This document shows, one piece after another, positions 21,158 to 32,776 of a stretch of 64,000 nucleotides of DNA. The DNA is taken from assembly GCA_963555825.3 (NCBI GenBank), contig CAUVXB020000002.1, forward strand, positions 2,048,001 to 2,112,000, in the 5' to 3' direction. Below the pieces are notes generated by a model that worked only from the letters and a program-made list of their open reading frames with translations, ran no database searches and had not been told where the DNA came from. Position 1 is the first letter of the stretch. Every line of letters begins with the position of its first letter. The DNA is from Alphaproteobacteria bacterium (GTDB taxonomy: Bacteria > Pseudomonadota > Alphaproteobacteria > JAAXGF01). The translations under genes were made by a program, and so were the position numbers.

Positions 21158-22740
21158 TTACGTCGATATCGATGGTGGAATGAGTCCAAGTTCCTCAGCA
21201 CGTGCCTCTAGAAGATCAGTAAAACCAGCTTCTAAGTCTCGGTGAGCTGGTTAATGAATTCGTTTTTCCGGATTCAATCGCGGAATTGCTTTCGGTGCTT
21301 CCCAGTCAAGGGCAAAACCCTTTTCGTCTTTGCGTTCGGGTTTCTCAAACAGAGTTAGATACTTCCGAGGAGCGATTCCAACAAATCCAGAAAACATCAC
21401 TGCATCGTCATCAGACGCACCTTGATCAATCGAAACCATTTTTTCATACAATTTTTGGTCATGCTTTTTGGATAAGGTTCAATATAAATCACTCGATCAA
21501 ATCCAGAAGATATTATATGTCTAGCACACATATGACAGGGGAATGTAGTGCAATAAAGTGTTGTTCCCCTAACCGAATTACCTCTTCTTGCTGCATCTGA
21601 AATCGCAGCCATTTCCGCATGAACTATTCTTCCAAATTCTATTACACTGGCTAGTCTCGTATCGCGAAGATAGCCTTCATTTCCTGCTCCCAATAATTCT
21701 TCGGCAATTTTCTCAGAAAGAGTATCCTTGGCCTTCTTCGTAACCCATTGATTATCTTTTAATTTGTCAAAAATTTCGGCGATCATCTCCCGTTGCATTA
21801 ATGCGCTTGTATCCCACCCAAGTCGAAAGTCTCGATAATCCTTGTCACTAGCAGTTTTTCCTTCCCAAACAGACCCACCGGTAGCCTTAGGAACTTCGTT
21901 GCAACCTGTAGCAACAATCTCGCCATCGTGTGTAGCAATTACTGCGCCCACTTGACGCGATAGGTCGCTCGACCGTAGTGCCGCAGCCTTTGCATGAAAC
22001 ATTCCATATTCGTCAACTGAAGGAGTTGTAAACTGATAGCCAAATATTATTTCAATGAACCGTCTAATTTGTTTTCTTATGTTATTTTTTTCATTAATGA
22101 ATATATCGCCAGAAGGAAAAGTGTCTCTAACATCTTGGCCGAAATCGTCACCAACTTCTTTGGAATCTTTGTCGACCAAAATTTTTGCGACTTCTATGAA
22201 TTTTTGTGTGTTTCGATCATTTCTAGATTTTGCAATTCGTTTTGCCAAATTTTCCAATCTGTCGCTTTCCGGTGCATACACCGAAATCAAGAAAAATGAG
22301 TCACCATATATTTCACGGAGTGTGCGAATTTCATCGGGATGTTTTAGGGAATTGAAAATTTAGGCTTGTCTAGGGATCAGTTGTTTCGGACTCTGAGTTT
22401 TATCCTCTCGAAAATTGCGAACTGCGCTTACTGCCAAATGCGCGACCGCGTCCCCTCGTTTGGAACAACGTCGGAGATCGTCACCTGCCTTCATATGTTC
22501 ATCAATTCGAACATCTTCGGGGCCAGAATGTGTCGCCTTTAGGTTTTTGTATTTGTGACAGCTCGCAAGAAGTTGACTGAGACGAATTTCATGTGAGCTG
22601 TATCTTACCGCCTTAAGCTCTTTGTCGAGAACCCGCGAGATTTTTTGCAAATCGGAGCCCACTGCGCCAACCAACCCAAACTGGAGCTCGGGAGTGGAGT
22701 CTACTTGAAACTCCGTATTGGGCCGCGTCGAGCCTACCAC
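21158..22740 (-). pseudogene. Anti-phage-type dCTP/dCMP deaminase with N-terminal kinase-like domain (AvcD-like), disrupted
   Basis: FGLVGAVGS, A*IFNSLKHPDE..LREIYG, SSDLSRQVGA, GCNEVPK, HAE, TTFPCHMC, YIEPYPKS, GIAPRKY; in-frame TAA at 22360, frameshift near 21455, second TAA at 21251; low GC. Confidence 0.85.
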
Positions 22741-22874
22741 AACAAACTACTCATAGATCGGTGCAGTGCTGATCGGCGACTCAGATTTGGATGGTATCTT
22801 GGGGGCAACATGCGCCATTGAATCAGATTCTCGTCAATTGGGGAAGCCCCGAGATACAGACGGGTCCATGCATC

Positions 22875-22903
22875 CACGTTGCGGAGGCGCCGCGTTATCG
22901 GCG
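22875..22903 (+). repeat. Direct repeat copy 2 (displaced comM 3' end; att-like)
   Basis: CACGTTGCGGAGGCGCCGCGTTATCGGCG; translates HVAEAPRYRRI versus comM HVAEALSYRRI. Confidence 0.8.
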
Positions 22904-22945
22904 AATATGGCTCAGGCGCTAACCACAACCAACCAGGAGGACGCG

Positions 22946-23410
22946 ATGAGCGAAGCGACGGACAAGGCGAGCGGCGGCTGCATGTGCGGCGCGGTGCGCT
23001 ACGAGGCGACGGGGGAGCCGTTCTCGGTGACCCATTGTCACTGTCTCAGTTGCCGGAAGCATACCGGGGCGCCGGTGGTCACGCTGTTGGGCTACACGGC
23101 CGATCAGGTGAAGTTCAGCGGCGACGAGCGGAAGATCTACGAATCATCGCCCGGGGTCGGGCGGGCGTTCTGCGGCAAATGCGGCACGCCGCTGACCTGG
23201 GAGGGCGACGGCGGCGAGATGGGCCCGCTGGTCGAGATCCATATCTCGACGCTCGACGCGCCGGATGCGTTCGTGCCGACCAGCCACGCGTTCCACCCGG
23301 AACGCATCGCCTGGTTCGACATCGCCGATGGCCTGCCGCGCTATGCCGGTTTCGCGGGCGACAGCGAGACGATCCAAGACGGCCCGGTCGGCGACGGCCT
23401 GCCCGGTTGA
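22946..23410 (+). CDS. GFA family (CENP-V/Gfa) protein
   Basis: GGCMCGAVRY, CHCLSCRK, RAFCGKCGTPL; AGGAGG RBS. Confidence 0.92.
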   Translation: MSEATDKASGGCMCGAVRYEATGEPFSVTHCHCLSCRKHTGAPVVTLLGYTADQVKFSGDERKIYESSPGVGRAFCGKCGTPLTWEGDGGEMGPLVEIHISTLDAPDAFVPTSHAFHPERIAWFDIADGLPRYAGFAGDSETIQDGPVGDGLPG

Positions 23411-23491
23411 CGCTCGATCCGGCGGCGTCGCCGACGAGGTCGAGGACTTGACGGAAAATGCGGGATGGGTAGCGCTGGTGCCCGAGTACGG

Positions 23492-23650
23492 CTAGAGCCT
23501 AATCGGATCGGGCTCGAACCGAATCTACCAGGCCGCGCCAATCTTATTGGGACAAGAGGGGGCCCGCCGACCGTTCGGCCAGTCCTTGTGGGATATAGAT
23601 CGGCGAGCGCGGCGATTGAGCGCAGGTCACCAAAGGTGACCGCACAAAAG
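23492..23650 (-). repeat. Dispersed structured intergenic repeat, copy C
   Basis: Minus strand GGTCACC-ttt-GGTGACC TGCGCTCAATCGCCGCGC ... GGCCGAACGGTCGGCGG. Confidence 0.9.
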
Positions 23651-23652
23651 GA

Positions 23653-23802
23653 CTAGCGGTTCGGGCGGCCGAGGATGGCGGCGGCGAGATCGCGGCCGAC
23701 GGCGCCGAGATAGGCGCTGCGGCGGGTCCGTGCATCGACCGTGATGTCGCACCAGTCGTCGACCGCGCGGCCGGCGCGGGCCGTGCTTGTGGGCTTGGAC
23801 AT
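23653..23802 (-). CDS. Small hypothetical protein (49 aa)
   Basis: AGGAG RBS 7 nt before ATG; MSKPTSTARAGRAVDDWCDITVDARTRRSAYLGAVGRDLAAAILGRPNR; repeat copy C follows its stop as the other copies follow real genes. Confidence 0.5.
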   Translation of the reverse strand: MSKPTSTARAGRAVDDWCDITVDARTRRSAYLGAVGRDLAAAILGRPNR

Positions 23803-23994
23803 GGCTTTACTCCTGAATGGCGAAGGATGACGCGGCGGCGTACGCCGCGCCCTATGGTCAGGAGATGGCCATCGCGGCCCGGCTTGCCAACGCCGATAGC
23901 GCAGCGCAGCAAAGCGCTGGGCGCATGGCTCCGGTGGGGGGTGCCGGAACGGTGAAGCGCGCCACGGCGCGCTTGGGGGTCGACCCCTCACCTT

Positions 23995-24267
23995 AGCCCG
24001 GACTTCTCATCATGGACAGGCGCGTCATCGCGTCGGGCGGTCGCCGATCCGCCAGGAGAAGGCCGCAGAGCGTAGCCTGGGCTACACGCAAGGTCTTCGA
24101 CGCCGCGGGCGGCCCGCCCGGCGCGACTCTTAAGGGCGGCGGATCTCGGACGGCAGGCCGCGTCAAAGCGCTTGCCCGATGCGCAAGCATCGTGGCCTGC
24201 GCGCTTTTCCTAGCCTGTCGTCCGATATCCGCCGTGCCGCACCTGTCCATGATGAGAAGGCCGGGCT
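23995..24267. mobile_element. MITE-like non-coding element with 30-bp terminal inverted repeats
   Basis: 23995-24024 AGCCCGGACTTCTCATCATGGACAGGCGCG vs reverse complement of 24238-24267 AGCCCGGCCTTCTCATCATGGACAGGTGCG (28/30); no credible ORF. Confidence 0.75.
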
Positions 24268-24319
24268 GACCCTCTCCCCCGGCCAGGGGAGAGGGTGCGT
24301 GATTGGTGGGCCTGCTGGA

Positions 24320-24880
24320 TTATTCGTCCACGTCGGCCGCGACTTGCATTTTCACGATGACGTCGGGGTCGGCGACGGCGCCGTTCTGCGCGGACGAGCC
24401 CTTCTTGATCCGGTCGACGTGCTCCATGCCCTGCGTGACCTGGCCCCAAACCGTGTACTGGCCGTCCAGGAAGGTGGCATCGTCGAAGACGATGAAGAAC
24501 TGCGAGTCCGCGCTGTCGGGGCTCGCCGAGCGCGCCATCGAGAGGATGCCCCGGACATGCGGCTCGTCGGAGAATTCGGCCGCCAGGTTCTTTCCCGAGC
24601 CGCCCGTGCCGTCGCCGCGCGGATCGCCGGTCTGCGCCATGAAGCCGTCGATGACGCGGTGGAACTTGAGCCCGTCGTAGAAGCCCAGGCGGACCAGCTC
24701 GCGGATGCGGTTGACGTGGTTGGGCGCGAGGTCGGGGCGCATCTGAATCGTCACGCGGCCCGTCTTGAGGTCGAGAAAGAGGATGTTTTCCAAGTCTTGG
24801 CTCCACGAGGTCGAGGCGACGGCAAGGAATGCCGCGGCCAGGGTGATAGAACGAAGCAGCGACCGTAGCGTACGGTTCAT
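24320..24880 (-). CDS. Periplasmic cyclophilin-type peptidyl-prolyl isomerase
   Basis: Signal peptide; FHRVIDGFMAQTGDP, SMAR, ADSQFFI, FLDGQYTVWG. Confidence 0.93.
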   Translation of the reverse strand: MNRTLRSLLRSITLAAAFLAVASTSWSQDLENILFLDLKTGRVTIQMRPDLAPNHVNRIRELVRLGFYDGLKFHRVIDGFMAQTGDPRGDGTGGSGKNLAAEFSDEPHVRGILSMARSASPDSADSQFFIVFDDATFLDGQYTVWGQVTQGMEHVDRIKKGSSAQNGAVADPDVIVKMQVAADVDE

Positions 24881-24928
24881 CGTAAATCTCTCCTGTTGTC
24901 GGATGTGAAGGGTCGCGGCGCGGGGCGC

Positions 24929-25297
24929 CTATTTTCCGGCCGGCTTGATCATGCGCCCCAAGGGCTCGCCGCCGAAGATGTGAATGTGCAGGTGCGGCAC
25001 TTCCTGGCGGCCGTCGTCGCCATTGTTGACCAGCGCGCGGTACCCCGTCTCGGCGATATCCATTTCGCGCGCGATGTGGCCGACGGCGCGCACCAGTGCG
25101 GCGATCTCGGTCTCGCTCGCACTCGTCGAGAAATCGTCCCACGAGACGTAGCGGCCCTTGGGGATGACCAGCACGTGGACCGGCGTCTGCGGGTTGATGT
25201 CGCGGAACGCGAGCACGTGCTCGTCCTCGTAGACCGTGTCGTTGGGGATCTCGCCGCGCAGGATCTTGGCGAAGATATTGCTGTCGTCGTAGGCCAT
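24929..25297 (-). CDS. hinT: Histidine triad (HIT) nucleotide-binding protein
   Basis: NIFAKILRGEIP, AFRDINPQ, QEVPHLHIH. Confidence 0.92.
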   Translation of the reverse strand: MAYDDSNIFAKILRGEIPNDTVYEDEHVLAFRDINPQTPVHVLVIPKGRYVSWDDFSTSASETEIAALVRAVGHIAREMDIAETGYRALVNNGDDGRQEVPHLHIHIFGGEPLGRMIKPAGK

Positions 25298-25320
25298 GAT
25301 GTCTCGTGTTCCCGTCCCGA

Positions 25321-25510
25321 GTTAGCGCATTATGCGATCGATCCGAATTGGTCGAAATCTACCAGCCCGCGCCAGTCTTATTGGGACAAGCGGCGGGCCG
25401 CCGACCGTTCGGCCAACCTTGATCCCATAAAAATCGTCTTGATTCCATAAGACTGGCATGCGCGGCGATTGAGCGCAGGTCATCTTTACAACGTAAAGAT
25501 GACCGCACAA
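25321..25510 (-). repeat. Dispersed structured intergenic repeat, copy D
   Basis: GGTCATCTTTAC-gtt-GTAAAGATGACC hairpin plus conserved core; contains a ~21-nt internal duplication. Confidence 0.9.
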
Positions 25511-25514
25511 TGGC

Positions 25515-25847
25515 CTAACGTCGCGCCGCCTTCTCGTCGAGCCCCGGGGTGCCGAAACGGCGTTCGAGCTCGGCCAGCACCTCTTCGGGCGCGACGCCCG
25601 CGTCGGCCCAGACCATCAGCAGGTGCAAAAGCAAGTCGGCGCTCTCGTTGACGACCTCCTGGCGATCACCGCTCACGGCGGCGATCACCGTCTCGACGGC
25701 TTCCTCGCCGAGCTTCTGGGCGATCTTGGGCGTGCCCTCGGCGAGGCGTCGGGCGACATAGGAGGTCTCGGGATCGCCACTCTCGCGCCGCTGCTCGATC
25801 ACCGCAAAGAGCCGCGCCAGCACGTCGCCCGGGCTATCGCTCGCCAT
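25515..25847 (-). CDS. hisE: Phosphoribosyl-ATP diphosphatase
   Basis: [25 protein letters not shown]. Confidence 0.95.
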   Translation of the reverse strand: MASDSPGDVLARLFAVIEQRRESGDPETSYVARRLAEGTPKIAQKLGEEAVETVIAAVSGDRQEVVNESADLLLHLLMVWADAGVAPEEVLAELERRFGTPGLDEKAARR

Positions 25848-26238
25848 AGAGCGCCTCCGGGTCGGCGATCGGTTCGGCGAGCGTGACCAGCCGGCCGTCG
25901 GCGAGCGCGCGGAAGAAGCAGCTGCGCTGACCGGTATGGCACGCCGCGCCGGTCTGGGCGACGCGCAACAGCAGCGTGTCGCCGTCGCAGTCGATGCGCA
26001 GCTCGACCAGACGCTGGTGCTGGCCCGAACGTTCACCCTTGCGCCATAGCGCGGCGCGCGAGCGCGACCAATAGCAGACCCGGCCGGTCGCCAGCGTCTC
26101 GGCAAGGGCGGCGCGGTTCATCCACGCCATCATCAGCGTCTCGCCGGTGTCGTGTTGCTGGGCGATCGCCGGCACCAGCCCGTCGGCGTCGAAGACGACG
26201 GCGTCGGCGATCTCTTGGGGCAGCGGGGTTTCGGTCAC
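25834..26238 (-). CDS. hisI: Phosphoribosyl-AMP cyclohydrolase
   Basis: [33 protein letters not shown]. Confidence 0.95.
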   Translation of the reverse strand: MTETPLPQEIADAVVFDADGLVPAIAQQHDTGETLMMAWMNRAALAETLATGRVCYWSRSRAALWRKGERSGQHQRLVELRIDCDGDTLLLRVAQTGAACHTGQRSCFFRALADGRLVTLAEPIADPEALYGER

Positions 26239-26309
26239 ATCGGCCTCCTCGTGGCGGCCCTGAGGTAGCAGATTTCGCCAGGCGGGGCTAGGAGCGAGAG
26301 CGCCATCGA

Positions 26310-26450
26310 ATCGATTGGGATCGATCGGTTTACTTCAGCCCGCGACAGCGGGCCGCCGACCGTTCGGCCAGCTTTGATTCCATAAGATTGGCATGCGCGG
26401 CGATTGAGCGCAGGTCATCTTCACGAAGTGAAGGTGACCGCACAAAAAGT
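26310..26450 (-). repeat. Dispersed structured intergenic repeat, copy E
   Basis: GGTCACCTTCAC-ttc-GTGAAGATGACC hairpin plus conserved core. Confidence 0.9.
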
Positions 26451-26465
26451 CCGCCGCACAACGAA

Positions 26466-27224
<759 letters not shown>

Positions 27225-27227
27225 GGT

Positions 27228-27953
27228 CTAGGCGGCCAAAAGATCGATGGCCGCGGTGGGGTCGATGCGGCCGTCGTAAAACGCGCGGCCGACGATGACG
27301 CCCGCGACGCCGTCGCCCTCGAGCGCCTTGAGCGCCGCCAGATCGCCCAAGCCTGCGACGCCGCCCGAGGCGATCACCGGCGCGTCGACGGCTTGCGCGA
27401 TGGCGCGCGTCGCGGCCAGGTTGGGGCCTTCGAGCGCACCGTCGCGCGCGATATCGGTGTAGACGATCGCCGCCGCCCCGGCTTGCGTAGCGCGCCGGGC
27501 GAGGTCGAGCGCCGGGATGTCCGAGGTTTCGGTCCAGCCGTCGATCGCGGCGCGACCGGCGCGCGCGTCGATACCGACGGCGACGCGGCCCGGGTGGGCG
27601 GCGCAGGCGGCCGCGACGAAGGCGGGATCGCGCACCGCGGCGGTGCCCAGCACGACCCGCGCGACGCCGGCCGCGAGCCAGGCTTCGAGGACGCCAAGGT
27701 CGCGCACGCCGCCGCCCAGCTGGACCGGCACCTCGACCGCCGAGACGATCGCCTCGATGGCGTCGCGATTGACCGGCCGGCCGGCGAAAGCACCGTCGAG
27801 GTCGACGACATGGAGCCACTGGCAGCCGGCTTCAGCGAAGGCGCGCGCTTGCGCCGCCGGGTCGTCGGCGTAAACCGTCGCCTGCGCCATGTCGCCGCGC
27901 AGCAGGCGGACGCAGGCGCCGTCCTTGAGATCGATCGCCGGGTAGAGGATCAC
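27228..27953 (-). CDS. hisA: ProFAR isomerase HisA
   Basis: [35 protein letters not shown]. Confidence 0.97.
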   Translation of the reverse strand: MILYPAIDLKDGACVRLLRGDMAQATVYADDPAAQARAFAEAGCQWLHVVDLDGAFAGRPVNRDAIEAIVSAVEVPVQLGGGVRDLGVLEAWLAAGVARVVLGTAAVRDPAFVAAACAAHPGRVAVGIDARAGRAAIDGWTETSDIPALDLARRATQAGAAAIVYTDIARDGALEGPNLAATRAIAQAVDAPVIASGGVAGLGDLAALKALEGDGVAGVIVGRAFYDGRIDPTAAIDLLAA

Positions 27954-28501
27954 GCCAGGCGCTTGGTGTAGAATTGGCCGGCGATCGTCTCGCCGCCGAC
28001 ACGGGCGTACGCCGGGTGGCTGCCCCAGCGTTGGTAGCCGAGGCCCTCGTAGAGCGTGATCGCGGCCTCTTGCGTCTCGCGCACGTCGAGGTTCATGACC
28101 TCGAAGCCATCATCCCTTGCGGCGCGCTCGACCGCCTCGACGAGACCGCGGGCGAGGCCATGGCCGCGCGCCCAGGGCGCCACGAACTGGGTCGTCAGCG
28201 TCACGGCGAAGGACGAGGATTCCTGGTTCGGCGCCGGCTTGGCAAGCTGCGCCGAGGCGGCGATGACGCCGTCGAGCCGGCCGACGAAGATTTCGCGCCG
28301 GGGCATCACCAGCACGCCGCGCCAGTAGCTCTCGAGTGTCGCGCGCGGCGGCGGGGTCAGCCAGCCGAAGCCGTTGCCGTCGACGATCGCGGCCTCGGCG
28401 GCGTCGCACAGGTCTTCCATGTCGCCGCGGCCGAGTTCGGTGATGTGTTCGACGAAGACCGAGACGGGGGGTTCGATTGCGTGTGTGCTCACGGTGTCCA
28501 A
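27950..28501 (-). CDS. GNAT family N-acetyltransferase
   Basis: [12 protein letters not shown] acetyl-CoA motif, LDVRETQ..AITLYE.LGY; within the his operon. Confidence 0.88.
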   Translation of the reverse strand: MDTVSTHAIEPPVSVFVEHITELGRGDMEDLCDAAEAAIVDGNGFGWLTPPPRATLESYWRGVLVMPRREIFVGRLDGVIAASAQLAKPAPNQESSSFAVTLTTQFVAPWARGHGLARGLVEAVERAARDDGFEVMNLDVRETQEAAITLYEGLGYQRWGSHPAYARVGGETIAGQFYTKRLA

Positions 28502-29127
28502 CTCAGAAAATTGGCGAGCAGGCGCAAACCGGCGGCCTGGCTCTTCTCGGGGTGAAACTGAACGCCGGCCAGGTTGTCATGGGCGACCATGGCGGTGACC
28601 GGCCCGCCATAATCGGCATTCGCCAGCACCGCGCCCGGCTCGGCCGCGCGCAGGTGATAGCCATGCATGAAATACATATGCGCGCCGTCCTCGATGCCGG
28701 CTAGGAGCGGGTGCGCCGCCGCGATGCTCAGCTCGTTCCAACCCATATGCGGCACCTTCAATCCGCCTCCGGGCGCCAGCCTGACGACGTCGCCGCGAAG
28801 CCACCCCAAGCCAGCGGATTCACCGTGCTCGAGGCCGCGTGACGCCATCAGCTGCATGCCGACGCAAATGCCGAGGAAGGGCCGGCGCCGGCCGATCACC
28901 GCCTCGCGCAGCGCGTCGGCGAGGCCGGGCCGCTGAGCCAGCGCCGCCATGCAATCGCCGAAGGCGCCGACGCCGGGCAGCACGATGCGCTCGGCCTCGC
29001 TCAGCACCCGCGCCTCGCCGCTCACCGTTACCGACGCGCCTGAGCCGCCCTCGACCGCCGCGCGCGCGAGCGCCTTGGCGGCCGATCGCAGGTTGCCCGA
29101 GCCATAATCGACGACGACGACGTTCAC
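28489..29127 (-). CDS. hisH: Imidazole glycerol phosphate synthase subunit HisH
   Basis: DYGSGNLRS, PGVGAF, GICVGMQ, VPHMGWN, QFHPEKS. Confidence 0.97.
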   Translation of the reverse strand: MNVVVVDYGSGNLRSAAKALARAAVEGGSGASVTVSGEARVLSEAERIVLPGVGAFGDCMAALAQRPGLADALREAVIGRRRPFLGICVGMQLMASRGLEHGESAGLGWLRGDVVRLAPGGGLKVPHMGWNELSIAAAHPLLAGIEDGAHMYFMHGYHLRAAEPGAVLANADYGGPVTAMVAHDNLAGVQFHPEKSQAAGLRLLANFLSWTP

Positions 29128-29510
29128 CGCGCCAATGCGCCCCTGAGCTCGAAGAAACGTTGCTCGGCGGCGACCCGGTTGCGGCCGAGGACGACGCCGG
29201 CGTCGAGATGGCCGCGCCGCGCCAAGCGCGCGCGGCGCCAATCGTTGGCGCTGAAACCGACGACCACGTGATAGCCGATGAGCAGCGCCGCCCATGTCAC
29301 CGGATCGAAGCCGATCCAGGCGTTGAGGCTCGCCATCGCGATCTCGACGACCAGCAGCACCGCGGCCCAGACCCAGAGCCCGCGCCAGGCCGCCCACAAC
29401 ACGGTGAACAACGCCGCGCCCCACGAGAACCCTTCGCGCAGGAAGACCGCGCCCTGGTCGTCCTCGTGCGACACCGGGTCGGTCTGCACGGTGTAAAGCC
29501 GCGTTCTCAT
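29124..29510 (-). CDS. DUF2628-like membrane protein
   Basis: [19 protein letters not shown], two TM segments, AEQRFF; typical position between hisB and hisH. Confidence 0.8.
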   Translation of the reverse strand: MRTRLYTVQTDPVSHEDDQGAVFLREGFSWGAALFTVLWAAWRGLWVWAAVLLVVEIAMASLNAWIGFDPVTWAALLIGYHVVVGFSANDWRRARLARRGHLDAGVVLGRNRVAAEQRFFELRGALAR

Positions 29511-30118
29511 GTCTCGTCGTCCGTCGCGCTCTCCAGGCTGCCCTTGGTCGAGGGCACCTGGCCGGCCTCGCGCGGATCGATTGCGATCGCCTGGCGCAGC
29601 GCCCGGGCGAGGCCCTTGAAGCAGCTCTCGATGATGTGGTGGTTGTTGACGCCATAGAGGTTCTCGACGTGCAGCGTCAGCCCGGCGTGCTGGGCGAAGG
29701 CCTGGAACCATTCCTTGAACAGCTCGGTGTCGATGTCGCCGAGTTGCGTGCGCGTGAATTCGACCCGCCATACCAGATAGGGCCGGTTCGAGGCGTCCAG
29801 CGAGACCCGCGTGCACGTCTCGTCCATCGGGATGACCGTGGCGCCGTAGCGCGTGATGCCCTTGCGGGCCCCGAGCGCCTTCGAGATTGCCTGGCCCAGC
29901 GCGATCGCCGAATCCTCGGTCGTGTGGTGGCCGTCGATGTGCAGATCGCCCTTCACCGTGAGCGCGATGTCGATCAGACTGTGGCGCGACAGCTGCTCGA
30001 TCATGTGGTCGAGAAAGCCGATGCCGGTCGAGACCTCATAGGCGCCCGTGCCGTCGAGCTCGACGGTCGCGCTGATCTCGGTTTCCTTGGTGGCGCGCGC
30101 GACGCTCGCCTGGCGCAT
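29507..30118 (-). CDS. hisB: Imidazoleglycerol-phosphate dehydratase
   Basis: [35 protein letters not shown]. Confidence 0.97.
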   Translation of the reverse strand: MRQASVARATKETEISATVELDGTGAYEVSTGIGFLDHMIEQLSRHSLIDIALTVKGDLHIDGHHTTEDSAIALGQAISKALGARKGITRYGATVIPMDETCTRVSLDASNRPYLVWRVEFTRTQLGDIDTELFKEWFQAFAQHAGLTLHVENLYGVNNHHIIESCFKGLARALRQAIAIDPREAGQVPSTKGSLESATDDET

Positions 30119-30218
30119 GACCCGATCCCCGATGTGAGAAAGCGGGCGCTCTTCTAGCAGGTCAGAGGATGAATCACCAGCCCGTTGGCGCGGACCGGCC
30201 ATGTGCGAGCGCCGTTCC

Positions 30219-30246
30219 CTTGACGCCGGGGCCCAAACACCCACAT
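30219..30246 (+). promoter_or_regulatory. Putative RpoH (sigma32) promoter of hslVU
   Basis: CTTG-N17-CCCACAT, 50 bp upstream of hslV. Confidence 0.7.
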
Positions 30247-30296
30247 GCTGGGGACGCAAACCGGGGATGCCGACCACCCCAAACAGTCGAGACGCG

Positions 30297-30875
30297 ATGA
30301 CCCAAGAAACCCAGACGCCGTGGCACGGCACGACGATCATTTGCGTGCGCAAGGGCAATTCCGTTGTCGTCGCCGGCGACGGCCAGGTGACCATGGGCGC
30401 GACCGTCGTCAAGGCGGGCGCGCGTAAGCTCCGCCGTCTCGGCGAGGGCCGCATCATCGCCGGTTTCGCCGGCGCCACGGCCGACGCCTTCACCCTGTTC
30501 GAACGGCTCGAGGCCAAGCTGGAGCGCCACCCGGCGCAGTTGACGCGCGCCTGCGTCGAGCTCGCCAAGGACTGGCGCACCGACCGCTACCTGCGCCGGC
30601 TCGAGGCGCTGATGGCGGTCGCCGACGCCAAGACCTCGCTGCTCTTGAGCGGCACCGGCGACGTGCTCGAGCCCGACGACGGCATCGTCGCGATCGGCTC
30701 GGGCGGCAACTACGCGCTCGCCGCGGCGCGCGCGCTAATCGACCGCGACGATCTCGACGCCGAGGCGATCGCGCGCAAGGCGATGGCGATCACCGCCGAG
30801 ATCTGCATCTACACCAATACCGAGGTCACGCTCGAGAAGCTCGATTTCGACGCGCAAGGATCGAGCGAGCGATGA
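30297..30875 (+). CDS. hslV: ATP-dependent protease subunit HslV
   Basis: [36 protein letters not shown]. Confidence 0.97.
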   Translation: MTQETQTPWHGTTIICVRKGNSVVVAGDGQVTMGATVVKAGARKLRRLGEGRIIAGFAGATADAFTLFERLEAKLERHPAQLTRACVELAKDWRTDRYLRRLEALMAVADAKTSLLLSGTGDVLEPDDGIVAIGSGGNYALAAARALIDRDDLDAEAIARKAMAITAEICIYTNTEVTLEKLDFDAQGSSER

Positions 30876-32182
30876 CCGCCTTCAGCCCGCGCGAGATCGT
30901 CTCCGAGCTCGACCGCTTCATCGTCGGCCAGAACGACGCCAAGCGCGCCGTCGCCATCGCGTTGCGCAACCGCTGGCGGCGCCAGCAGCTCGACGACGAG
31001 ATGCGCGAGGAGGTGCTGCCGAAGAACATCCTGATGATCGGTCCGACCGGCGTCGGCAAGACCGAGATCGCGCGTCGCCTGGCGCGCCTCGCCCACGCGC
31101 CGTTCCTGAAAGTCGAGGCGACCAAGTTCACCGAGGTCGGTTATGTCGGGCGCGACGTCGAGCAGATCGTCCGCGACCTGGTCGAGATCGCCATTTCGAT
31201 GACGCGCGAGCAGATGCGCAAGGAGGTCACGGCCAAGGCCGAGATGAACGCCGAGGAACGCGTGCTCGACGCCCTGGTCGGCCAATCGGCGTCGGCCGAG
31301 ACGCGTCAGAAGTTCCGCAAGATGCTGCGCGAGGGCCAGCTCGCCGACAAGGAGATCGAGGTCGAGGTCTCCGAATCGGGCGCCGGCGGGTTGCCGACCT
31401 TCGACATCCCCGGAATGCCCGGCGCGCAGATGGGCATGATCAATCTGAACGACATGTTCGGCAAGGCGTTCGGCCAGCGCACCACGGCCAAGAAGATGCT
31501 GGTCGGCGATTCCTACGAAGTGCTGATCGCCGAGGAGAGCGACAAGCTGTTGGACGAGGACAGTATCGTCAAGACGTCGATCGACCTGGTCGAACAGAAC
31601 GGCATCGTGTTCCTCGACGAGATCGACAAGATCTGCGCGCGCTCGGAACGCGTCGGCGCCGACGTCAGCCGCGAAGGCGTGCAGCGCGACCTGCTGCCGC
31701 TGATCGAGGGCACCACGGTCGCGACCAAGCACGGCCCGGTCAAGACCGACCACATCCTGTTCATCGCCTCGGGCGCGTTCCACCTCGCCAAGCCCTCGGA
31801 CCTGCTGCCCGAACTCCAGGGCCGGCTGCCGATCCGCGTCTCGCTCAAGGCGCTCGACGCCGGCGACCTCAAGCGCATCCTGGTCGAGCCCGAGGCGAGC
31901 CTAGTCAAGCAATATGTCGCGCTCCTCGGCACCGAGCAGGTCACGCTCGACTTCGCCGACGAGGCGATCGACGAGATCGCGACGCTCGCCGCCGAGATCA
32001 ACCAGTCGATCGAGAACATCGGCGCGCGGCGATTGCACACGGTGATGGAACGGCTGCTCGAAGAGATCAGCTTCACCGCGCCCGACAAGGGCGGCACCGA
32101 GATCACCATCGACCGCGCCTTCGTCCGCGAAACCGTCGGCGAACTGGCCAAGGACTCGGACCTGACGAAGTTCATTCTGTAG
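30872..32182 (+). CDS. hslU: ATP-dependent protease ATPase subunit HslU
   Basis: [39 protein letters not shown]. Confidence 0.98.
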   Translation: MTAFSPREIVSELDRFIVGQNDAKRAVAIALRNRWRRQQLDDEMREEVLPKNILMIGPTGVGKTEIARRLARLAHAPFLKVEATKFTEVGYVGRDVEQIVRDLVEIAISMTREQMRKEVTAKAEMNAEERVLDALVGQSASAETRQKFRKMLREGQLADKEIEVEVSESGAGGLPTFDIPGMPGAQMGMINLNDMFGKAFGQRTTAKKMLVGDSYEVLIAEESDKLLDEDSIVKTSIDLVEQNGIVFLDEIDKICARSERVGADVSREGVQRDLLPLIEGTTVATKHGPVKTDHILFIASGAFHLAKPSDLLPELQGRLPIRVSLKALDAGDLKRILVEPEASLVKQYVALLGTEQVTLDFADEAIDEIATLAAEINQSIENIGARRLHTVMERLLEEISFTAPDKGGTEITIDRAFVRETVGELAKDSDLTKFIL

Positions 32183-32244
32183 CGGTATGGTGCTTAGGGC
32201 CACAATCATTGCGACGCGCAGCGGCAACCTAAACAACTTAACAA

Positions 32245-32776
32245 ATGGATAAGATACCACTCACATTCTATGACTGGTTTGGATATTTGGCGTCGGGCGG
32301 TGTCCTTTGCTTAGGCTCCGCTTTTGCTCTCGGAATAGAAAGCCCATTAACGACATCCAATTCAGCAGGAATTTGGTCTAGCGCCGTCTGGTTAGTGGTT
32401 ATTTATGTGGTCGGCCATCTCAACTCCCATATAGCTTTCTCGGTTCTCGAACACGGTTTCGTAAAGCGCTTGCTAGGAATGCCGGAGGAACGTCTTCTCA
32501 GCCAAGATGGTCCGCCATGGTGGGGACTCTTGCTTCGAGATTATTCACGTCCCTTGGATCCTGCGGAACTTCGCGGGCTTCGACTGAAGGACGAAGACGG
32601 AAATATAGACAATCCAAAAAGTTTGTTCCGGTTGGCATTTGCAAGGGTCAAGTCCTTCCCCTCGACTAAGTCGCGCCTGGATATTTTTAACGTCTTGTAC
32701 GGATTTCACCGAAACATGTGCTTCGCAGTGTTTTTGGTATGGCTTGAAATGATGATTTGGAGTCACCTAGTTTTTT
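32245..32776 (+). pseudogene. Low-GC membrane protein truncated at its 3' end by IS1595
   Basis: ORF 32245..32838 has several hydrophobic segments and runs into the IS left end at 32777. Confidence 0.65.
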
